Source: a candidate division WS6 bacterium OLB20
GTDB lineage: Bacteria; Patescibacteriota; Dojkabacteria; B142; OLB20
Direction: 5' to 3'
DNA length: 43,385 nt
NCBI GenBank assembly: GCA_001567355.1
Contig: JYNZ01000007.1
Span: 1-43,385 of the forward strand
The notes beneath the pieces are model-generated. The model did not search any database and was not told where the DNA came from. It saw only the letters and a list, made by a program, of their open reading frames with translations. The translations under genes and the position numbers were made by a program. Below, in pieces: positions 17,266 to 25,565 of the stretch. The first letter of the stretch is position 1; every line of letters begins with the position of its first letter.

Positions 17266-17378
17266 GTACTGCTGTGTAAATCAGACCGGTACTCTGCTTT
17301 GTCTGCTGCCTGCACACCTGCAGCGTCTGACGGCGCAGGCTGATGCAAATTGTATCATGGATTACCATGCCGGTGTTA

Positions 17379-20213
17379 TCAACCGAAGGGGCTTGCTTTG
17401 CCGGTTGCACCAGCTGCGGCGTTTTTCGGATCCATTGGAATGACTCTGTTGATCACCGGCTCCTTTGCTGCATCGACCCTCAGGAAGGCATTGCCCTTTG
17501 GACTCTTGTAAATACTGACCTGGTTTGTCTGCTCAGACGGAAATCTGTAGCCGGGCAGATCCACCGTCAGATGATATTCACCCGGCTCAGGCGAAAAGCC
17601 GTAGCGCCCGGATTCATCGGTCATCTGTACATCAATCTGACGTTCCTCACTGATGCTGAACAGACGGACAAATGCACCGGGTAGCCGGTTGCGTGTCTGC
17701 GAATTATAAACATAGCCCCAGTTGCGCTTATTGGCACCATCGAGCAGCAGAAGCAGTGCAAACTGCAGCACATACAAGACGACAACAAAGAAGTTGAACG
17801 CGACAGGGGAGATGAGTGTTGCAACAATTGAAAATGCGAGACCGCTGTATACAAGAACTGTGTTTATCCTGTGCAGGTTTTTGCGCAGATTGCGTTTAAA
17901 TTCGGCCTTCTTCGCTGCAGCAGTCATGTTGACAGCAATATCCTCAGCGATTGTTCCGTCATCCTCTTCTATCTCCACGCTGCGTTCAACTTTGCCGTAC
18001 TCAGGATGTTCGACTTCCAGCCGGAATGTTCCTTTGTCCGAAGGTAATCCGTATCTGCCCTGCAGGTCGGTAAGTTTCTCCTTAATAAATTCCTTGCCTT
18101 TGTATACGCGGACAGCAGCAAACGGAACAGGTTTTCTGGTCTTTGCGTCATAGACAATTCCCCAGACCTTATACCTCTTGCGATCCCGAACCCATCCTAT
18201 GGCATAAAGCACAAGCCTTGGCAGAGCATACAGATTTGAGAGCAGCGTAGCACCCGTTGCAAGCATCAGCAGAACCGGTGCATAGGTACCGGCAAATGCC
18301 TCAAGTCCCTCGCGTGCAACCGGTGTTGGTGTCGGGATCAGACCGGAGAACACTGACGCAGGGACAACCCCCTGTGCCTCACACAGTGTCGACTCCTCTG
18401 AAGTCAGTTCAACCGTACAGTCCATCTGATAATAAATATCTACTCCCTGAAGAAGATTGGAAAGCTCTATCACGCCCGTGTGCGAAGTTGTTGCTTCTGC
18501 CGAGACAGATTCAAAGCGCAGATTCTCGGGCTCCTGACCATACCGCATCACACAGGTGCCCGGTTCTTTTGTTGTATAGGTAATCAGCACCTGATTATCA
18601 ACATTAAGTGAGTATGGGGGTTCTGACTGGACAATACATGAACCCGTTTCGGGCAGCACAGTAATTATCTCTCCGTCAGTTGCAAATGCTCCCTCATGAA
18701 ATGCCTGCTTACCTGCCGCTGACTGCGCCCTGATTCTGAAGATATAGCGGGTATCCTCCTCAAGAGTGTCAATCGTCATGCAGTGACCGGTAACACGGTA
18801 TTCCTGTCCGGTAGCAGTCGATTTTGTATAAACTGCAGCCTCATACAGGCCATACGAAACTGATCCCTTGGTGGGAATATTGGTATCCCAGCAGACTGTC
18901 ACCGCAGTTGGAGTGTTGTTCGTTACAGTGACGTTCGAGATAGTTACAGGCACCTGGCATGCCAGCTGAAGTGGATCTTCAGAGCAGCTAATAACCGGTG
19001 GCTCAACCACAACAGTAGCAGTGCCGCTTGCTGTCGGTGTAACAGAAACTGAGGTCTCGGGGCTTGGAGTCACTGTCGGACTTGGTCCAACCACAGTAAT
19101 ATCCGCTGTAGTTGCAGTCAGAGCGCCGTTTATTGTATCTGTCACGGTTACTGTATATGTACCCCCTTCAAAGAATACCAGTGAATCAGTAAAGGTACGG
19201 GAGCCGGAATCACCAGATGAGAATGTGTAGTTTGCCGGCAGTGCAGCAGTCGGCGATGTGGATGAAAACGTCACGGTGCCGGCGTACGTCGGATCCTGGG
19301 ACATACTCCCGTCAAGCGCCGTGACCGTCAGCGATATGGGATCCCCTGCATTAACAGATGTAGCACTTGGTGAGATTGAGAGTGATTCAACTGTACTGAC
19401 GATAAAGTCGGGCTGGTTTGATCCGTTATTTCCGTACTCGACCCATGAACCGTTGATACCGTCAGTTACATTCACTACACGTGCCCGCCACTTGTACGAC
19501 ACGCCAGGTGTAAGTCCGGCAATCTGGGCTTCGGAAATAAGTGCAGTCCCTCCGGTATACGCCTGAGGAGGCGCTGTAGAAATGCCGAGAACGCCGGGCT
19601 CATCAGTGACGTCTACTGCTACAACATTTGTACCGGTAAAGACCTGTCCTGTCTCAACAACCTCAAATTCTGCCTGCAATGTTGCCGGATTCCCGGGAGT
19701 TGCGCCGGGGTCTGAAATGTTTACTTTCAGTACGACCTCCTGCTCCTGCGTTCTGCCCCCGACAGGGATTGTTGTCAGTGCATCGGATTTGAACTGTTCA
19801 CGGAATGTCGGTGTTGACGGGATGGTTGCAATATCAGGATACGTTCCGACCTGCCCGACCTGACCGCCACTGCTTGTTCCCTGTGCCACTGAGACAGATC
19901 CGTTAACGTTACATGGTCCAAGTGTTGTCAGGATGGAAATACGTCCTCCACCGCCTCCACCTCCGTCAAATGCTTCATCTCCGCCATCTCCACCCTCTGC
20001 TGAGAGCGTTCCATTAATATCACATGTTTCTCCCTCGATCAGAATACTGCCTCCTGCACCACCTCCTCCACCCGGCGAGGCGATAAGGCCATTGGTCCCA
20101 TCCATCAGAATGTCACCGTTGATAATACGTCCCCGGTTCTGGCCCTGATGCAACCGCACCTCCACCCCGTCCTCCGGCTGCACCGGCACCTGAAGGTCCT
20201 CCGCCCGAACCAA
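17379..20213 (-). CDS. giant protein segment 3: end of Gly-rich module A', Ig/FN3-like domains, C-terminal multi-TM module with two CarboxypepD_reg-like domains
   Basis: In-frame sense begins near 20156 (RLHQGQNRGRIINGDI...). The strings GGGGAGGSILIEG, GGGGGGGRISIL and SYKWRARVVN mirror the N-terminal module. The C-terminus has hydrophobic helices flanking WGIVYDAKTRKP... and WGYVYNSQTRNR... beta-sandwich-like units. Confidence 0.75.
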   Translation of the reverse strand: MVRAEDLQVPVQPEDGVEVRLHQGQNRGRIINGDILMDGTNGLIASPGGGGGAGGSILIEGETCDINGTLSAEGGDGGDEAFDGGGGGGGRISILTTLGPCNVNGSVSVAQGTSSGGQVGQVGTYPDIATIPSTPTFREQFKSDALTTIPVGGRTQEQEVVLKVNISDPGATPGNPATLQAEFEVVETGQVFTGTNVVAVDVTDEPGVLGISTAPPQAYTGGTALISEAQIAGLTPGVSYKWRARVVNVTDGINGSWVEYGNNGSNQPDFIVSTVESLSISPSATSVNAGDPISLTVTALDGSMSQDPTYAGTVTFSSTSPTAALPANYTFSSGDSGSRTFTDSLVFFEGGTYTVTVTDTINGALTATTADITVVGPSPTVTPSPETSVSVTPTASGTATVVVEPPVISCSEDPLQLACQVPVTISNVTVTNNTPTAVTVCWDTNIPTKGSVSYGLYEAAVYTKSTATGQEYRVTGHCMTIDTLEEDTRYIFRIRAQSAAGKQAFHEGAFATDGEIITVLPETGSCIVQSEPPYSLNVDNQVLITYTTKEPGTCVMRYGQEPENLRFESVSAEATTSHTGVIELSNLLQGVDIYYQMDCTVELTSEESTLCEAQGVVPASVFSGLIPTPTPVAREGLEAFAGTYAPVLLMLATGATLLSNLYALPRLVLYAIGWVRDRKRYKVWGIVYDAKTRKPVPFAAVRVYKGKEFIKEKLTDLQGRYGLPSDKGTFRLEVEHPEYGKVERSVEIEEDDGTIAEDIAVNMTAAAKKAEFKRNLRKNLHRINTVLVYSGLAFSIVATLISPVAFNFFVVVLYVLQFALLLLLDGANKRNWGYVYNSQTRNRLPGAFVRLFSISEERQIDVQMTDESGRYGFSPEPGEYHLTVDLPGYRFPSEQTNQVSIYKSPKGNAFLRVDAAKEPVINRVIPMDPKNAAAGATGKASPFG

Positions 20214-23200
20214 GCGTTACCGGTTCGCGCTGACTGCCGTACGCTGTCCCGCCTGATGGTGAAGGATTGCCTCCGTCATTTTCACCGTTGCCTCCATTGC
20301 CTCCATGTGCTCCTCCTGCACCACCGGACTGCCCCGCTCCTGCGGCACCAGTACCCGGTCCCGTGCTTGAAGAAAAGCCTCTGCCGACGCCATCGATAAC
20401 GGCTCCGGAACTGAGGGTGAAGTCTCCTTCGACCTGCAGAATCGATCCGCGATTGGCATTTGTATCAACAGCCGGTCTGATATGAACATTAGTACCGATA
20501 TATACGTTGTGGAAGTTACTGATGCCGGCAGGCAGGTTATCTGCGTAGCCGCCATTTGAATACTGACTGCTGTTAGAAATATACAGGTCACCGTATCCCT
20601 CGTTGTACTCGGATCCGACTTCTACATAGACGGTACCCGGACCTCCCCAGAATGAACCATACTGCCCGCGACCGCCGGCTGCGTTAAACCTGCTGAATGT
20701 CACCAGATCAAGCGGTGCAATACCGTTGTCGCTGTCACCATTGAAATTTGTATGAACAGCTATCCTGCCACCGCTTCCCGCTGTTCCACCATTACCTCCT
20801 GACCCGCCGATGGCAGTGTACGACCCGCTGCCTCCAACGATATCAGCCTCAACAAGAATGCTACCACCTGCACCGGGATCAAGCGCGTTTCCATCCGTAC
20901 CCGAGCCGTTAGCAGCGATAGTACCATTGTTCAGAAGTGTACCTGTTGAACTGCCGTCATCAATGATCAGCCTGATAGCGCCGCCGCCTGACGCAGTGCC
21001 GCCGCCTGATCCAAGATGCAGTGGATAACGGAAATCACCGTAGGGATTGCCGCCGCCTGATGCATACCCGCCGTATACACCGGGACCGTTTGTTGCATAG
21101 CCTGGACCTCTGTCCGCTCCATAACCGAGACCTGATGCCGTTACAAGTCCGCCCGCCTCTACCTCCATACGGTCAAGCCTGAGTGTTACGCCTCTGTCAC
21201 CATCTGAGTAGTCAGTGTCCCCGTCGTTGTATCCTGACAGGGTCAGCACTCCGCTACTCGCGACCCGGAGATCCGAAAACTCATACTCGCCGGTGTTGTT
21301 AGACCAGGTATTGCCGTACAGAACCATTCCTCCCGGAAGGACATCTCCGATAACTATATCCGCATCCTCTGTGCTGTCACCAAGACTGAGAACACCTGCA
21401 ACATTAAGGTCATATCCATTGATATACAGAGGGTCAGGGCCGTTGAGTGTGCCGTAGATCGTTAGGTCAGGATACGAAGCGTCTCCGGTAATCCCGTTAG
21501 AATCCGCGATGTTGACAACCGAGTTCTGTCCGATGACGCTCAGTCTTCCCGCCCGTGTCAGATTAATAGCAGCAAATGTATATTCTCCTTCAGGCAGACC
21601 TGAGGAATGACCGTTGGAATTATTCTGCTGATCAATATATAACAGACCTCCCTGTGACTGATGAACACCTGCCTGTTCGATGTAGATGGAACCGGGACCT
21701 CCCCACCAGGATCCGAAGTTGCCACGACCGCCCACTGCACTGATGTGGCCGCCCAGCGGGTTATAGTCAAATTCTGCAATGGATCTGTTGGTGTCACCAT
21801 TCTCACTGAAGTAAAGAGCGATACGTCCGCCGCCGCCGGGCTGGCTGGCATTGGATGTGCTGCCCCCGGACGCCGAGATTGAGCCGGTACCGCCCAGCAG
21901 GTGCGTGGTTACATAGATTGAACCTCCCGAACCTGCATCTGCTCCGCCTCCGGCTCCGGATGACCGGATCGAACCGTTAACGACGAAATCACCACCCCCG
22001 TTACCATCATCAATTACGAGCCGGATTGCGCCACCACCCGCAAAACCGTCACCACCGCTGCCCAGGTGGACCGGTGCATAGACATCGCCATAGATAGACG
22101 AGAGCGGGGCACCACCTCCCTGACCTCCATATGATCCTGCATTGCCTGATACGTATCCGGGTCCTCTGTCAGGGCTGTAACCCAGCGAGTCTGCTGTAAC
22201 CACTCCTCCGTTTGCGATATACATGTTTTTCAGGAGCAGCGTTAGTCCCCAGTCATTAGTGTAGTTTGTATCACCATTATTATGGCTGATGAGGGTCAGC
22301 GTACCGTTTGAGTTTACTGTCAGGTCACCCAGTTCATATGGAGTGTCCGCATCATGGGCCCAGGTAGAAGCACGCAGTGTGAGACCTCCACGTTCAACAC
22401 CTCCAACAGTCAGGTCCGCGTCACTGTTGATACCAAAATTCATCTCACCGTTGATATCGACATCAACCCCGCTGATTGTTATGCTGTTCGGCGCATTAAA
22501 CGTTCCATCAATCCGCAGATTCGGAAAGCTGGAATCCCCTGTCAGACCGTCAGAATCGGTTATGGTCAGATTAGAGGCCTGTCCAAGCACTATCAACTGA
22601 CCTGCTCTTGTCAGTTTAACGCGCTCAAACTGATAGTTGCCCTGCGGAAGACCTGCAGAATATCCGGATGAATTGTTTTGCTGATCGACATAGAGTAATC
22701 CTCTCTCTGGAGCCGAGAGTCCTATCTGGTCAATATAAATGGTACCCGGACCACCCCACCAGCCGCCAAAATTACCGCGACCGCCCGCTGCCGAAATATT
22801 ACCAAGCGATGGATCAAAATTTGCGGGAGGAATGTTGTTAATCGCGTCTCCGTTTTCCCTGTAATACACAGCGATTCTTCCTCCGCTTCCGGGTCTGGAG
22901 GCGTTTGAAGTACTTCCGCCGTTAGCTGTTATCGAACCAGTGCCGCCTATGGTATCAGCATTTATCCAGATACTGCCCCCCGAGCCTGCAGCCGAGTCTC
23001 CACCGGAACCGTTGGCAGTGATTGACCCGTTATTAATCAGCTGACCGACTTCTCCCGGACCGGTGATATCAAGCCGTATTGCCCCTCCTCCTGCAAATAC
23101 ACTGCCACTGCCCAGAGCATCAGGAGTATAAACACTTCCATAAATTGCTGATGTCGGTGCCCCAAACCCCTGACCTCCATAGGAACCTCCCTGACCGCTG

Positions 23201-24189
23201 ACAAAGCCCGGTCCTCGTGATCCCGGATAGCCAAGTCCGTCTCCGATAACTCTTCCACCTGCATCAACCCTCAAGAGTTCGGCCTGCAGAGTCAATCCCC
23301 AGTCATCGGTATAGAGTGTATTGCCGTTCTGATAGCTGTAAAGGGTCAGCCTGCCCTGGCTGGCTACATGTATTGCGTTAAACTGGTACTGGTTTGTCTG
23401 ATTGTGTGCCCATGTGTTTGCTCGCAGCTTGATACCACCGGTTACAGTATTACCAAGGATAAGATCGGCAGACGTATTGTCCCCGCCAAGATTGATCTCA
23501 CCGTTAATATCGACTTCAACACCATTAATCGTAAATGTTTGCGGAGCGACAAGTGTTCCATATATCAGGAGGTCTGACGCAGAGCTGTCACCGACCAGTG
23601 AATCAGAATTTACAAGGGTGAGAACAGATGATTGTCCCAGCTGAGCAAGCAGTCCTGCGCGGGTCAGCTCTATCCGTTCAAACTGATAGTCGCCCGGGGG
23701 CAGTGATGCATACTGACCGGCTGTATTGTTCTGCTGATCAACATACAATAGACCTTTCTGTGGCTGATGAATGTTTCTCTGTTCGACATACTTTGTACCG
23801 GGGCCTCCCCACCATGATCCGAAATTACCTCTTCCACCAACAGCTACCAGCCTGTTTGCTGTCGGTGTAAAGTCAAAGGCAGGGATACTGTTTCCGGGAT
23901 CCCCGGACTGGTTGTAGTAGACAGCAATTCTGCCGCCACCACCCGGACGGGATGCATTTGAGGTGCTGCCGCCATTTGCAGAGATTGATCCGGTACCGGC
24001 AATAATATCTGTGTCAACCCAGATGCTGCCGCCGGAGCCGGCGTTTGACGATCCTCCTGCACCACTTGACGTGATTGAGCCGTTGATGACAAGCCGTCCT
24101 GTTTCTGAGCCGTTGCGTGTAATCAGTTTTACTGCTCCTCCTCCTGCAAAACCCTGGGCGCCGCTGCCAAGCTCCTGCGCTGATAGACA
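20113..24189 (-). CDS. giant protein segment 2: tandem 351-aa repeats and the start of module A'
   Basis: The track ORF 20113..23748 starts mid-repeat at a TTG. The same frame is open up to 24189 and encodes ...ELGSGAQGFAGGGAVKLI...GGRGNFGSWWGGPGTKYVEQ..., the missing part of the repeat. Confidence 0.75.
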   Translation of the reverse strand, partial: CLSAQELGSGAQGFAGGGAVKLITRNGSETGRLVINGSITSSGAGGSSNAGSGGSIWVDTDIIAGTGSISANGGSTSNASRPGGGGRIAVYYNQSGDPGNSIPAFDFTPTANRLVAVGGRGNFGSWWGGPGTKYVEQRNIHQPQKGLLYVDQQNNTAGQYASLPPGDYQFERIELTRAGLLAQLGQSSVLTLVNSDSLVGDSSASDLLIYGTLVAPQTFTINGVEVDINGEINLGGDNTSADLILGNTVTGGIKLRANTWAHNQTNQYQFNAIHVASQGRLTLYSYQNGNTLYTDDWGLTLQAELLRVDAGGRVIGDGLGYPGSRGPGFVSGQGGSYGGQGFGAPTSAIYGSVYTPDALGSGSVFAGGGAIRLDITGPGEVGQLINNGSITANGSGGDSAAGSGGSIWINADTIGGTGSITANGGSTSNASRPGSGGRIAVYYRENGDAINNIPPANFDPSLGNISAAGGRGNFGGWWGGPGTIYIDQIGLSAPERGLLYVDQQNNSSGYSAGLPQGNYQFERVKLTRAGQLIVLGQASNLTITDSDGLTGDSSFPNLRIDGTFNAPNSITISGVDVDINGEMNFGINSDADLTVGGVERGGLTLRASTWAHDADTPYELGDLTVNSNGTLTLISHNNGDTNYTNDWGLTLLLKNMYIANGGVVTADSLGYSPDRGPGYVSGNAGSYGGQGGGAPLSSIYGDVYAPVHLGSGGDGFAGGGAIRLVIDDGNGGGDFVVNGSIRSSGAGGGADAGSGGSIYVTTHLLGGTGSISASGGSTSNASQPGGGGRIALYFSENGDTNRSIAEFDYNPLGGHISAVGGRGNFGSWWGGPGSIYIEQAGVHQSQGGLLYIDQQNNSNGHSSGLPEGEYTFAAINLTRAGRLSVIGQNSVVNIADSNGITGDASYPDLTIYGTLNGPDPLYINGYDLNVAGVLSLGDSTEDADIVIGDVLPGGMVLYGNTWSNNTGEYEFSDLRVASSGVLTLSGYNDGDTDYSDGDRGVTLRLDRMEVEAGGLVTASGLGYGADRGPGYATNGPGVYGGYASGGGNPYGDFRYPLHLGSGGGTASGGGAIRLIIDDGSSTGTLLNNGTIAANGSGTDGNALDPGAGGSILVEADIVGGSGSYTAIGGSGGNGGTAGSGGRIAVHTNFNGDSDNGIAPLDLVTFSRFNAAGGRGQYGSFWGGPGTVYVEVGSEYNEGYGDLYISNSSQYSNGGYADNLPAGISNFHNVYIGTNVHIRPAVDTNANRGSILQVEGDFTLSSGAVIDGVGRGFSSSTGPGTGAAGAGQSGGAGGAHGGNGGNGENDGGNPSPSGGTAYGSQREPVTLGSGGGPSGAGAAGGRGGGAVASGPEPGTYYQR

Positions 24190-25565
24190 TCACCGTAGGT
24201 ACTTGTGATCCCGCTTGCGAATCCCTGACCGCCGTAAGAACCTCCACCGCCCGAGACAAATCCCTGTCCTCTGTTTGCAGGGTGACCGTAACCGTCAGCG
24301 CTTATCCTGCCTCCTGCGTCAACAGTGATGTCATCCGCAGTCAGTACAAGTCCCCAGTCATCCGTATAGTTTGTATTACCGTTCTGAGCGCTGATCAGTT
24401 CCAGGACTCCCTTTGATGCAACATGAACCGATTCAAACTGATACTGGTAGTTCTGATCATGCGCCCATGTAGACGCGCGCAGGCGAAGCCCCGCATTGAC
24501 ACTGTTTCCAACCGTAACAGATGAATTGGAAGTATCTCCGCCAAGATCAATCTCTCCATTAATATCCACCGTTACTCCGTTAATCTCGAGACCGTCAGGA
24601 GCAATAAACGTTCCATAATTGAGGAGTATCGGCGCAGTAGTGTCACCGGTCAGGCCTGAAGAGTCAGTGATAGTAAGAGTGCTGGCGTTTCCAAGCACCA
24701 TCAGATGTCCCTGCCTTGTTAGCGAGAGCAGTTTAAAGCGGTAGTCACCCTCAAGCAGACCTGCCTGATAACCTGCTGAATTATTCTGCTGATCAACAAA
24801 AAGAGAGCCCTGTGTGGATACGTCCACACCTGTCTGCTCTACATATATGGTTCCGGGGCCGCCCCACCATCCTCCAAAGTTCCCTCGTCCGCCGACTGCA
24901 GCGATTCTGCTGTTTGCCGGGTTGTAATCAAATGCGGTTATGCCTGCCCCGGTATCACCGTTCTGCTCAAAGTAGAGAGCGATTCTGCCTCCACCACCCG
25001 GGCGGAAGGCACCGGAAGTGCTGCCTCCGTTAGCAGCAATTGATCCGGTACCACCAAGCACATCGGTTATCACCCAGATCGAGCCGCCCGAACCTGCATC
25101 TCCTGCTCCTCCTGTGCCGTGTGCCTGGATTGATCCGTTAACATCAACATATCCGTTATCTACAACCAGCTTGATCGAGCCTCCGCCTGCAAATTCGTCA
25201 CCACCGCTGCCAAGGTTGACTGGCTCATAGACACTTCCGTTTATTGTTGTTGTCCCGGCACCAAATGCCCGACCGCCGTAAGATCCGCCCGTTCCGGATC
25301 CGCTGTAACCGGGTCCTCTGTCGGCACGGTATCCGTTACTGTTTGCTGCGATCGCAGCACCTGTATCAATACGGATATTATCTGCCAGAATGGTTACTCC
25401 GAAGTCGTCGGTATAGTTTGTGTTTCCGTTCTCAAACGGACGGACAGTGAGCACTGCCGAATTTGTAACCAGAATGTCGAGACCTCTGCAGTCAAATATT
25501 CCCTGATTATTCGTATCGGCGGTCCAGGTCTGATTCAAATCGATCAGACCATCCGGATCCGGACA
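20586..25565 (-). repeat. about 4.7 tandem copies of a ~1,053-nt (351-aa) coding repeat
   Basis: The DQQNN phase marker sits at 24794, 23739, 22686 and 21633 on the minus strand. Spacings are 1055 (across the frame break), 1053 and 1053 nt. A last degenerate copy ends near 20586. Confidence 0.85.
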
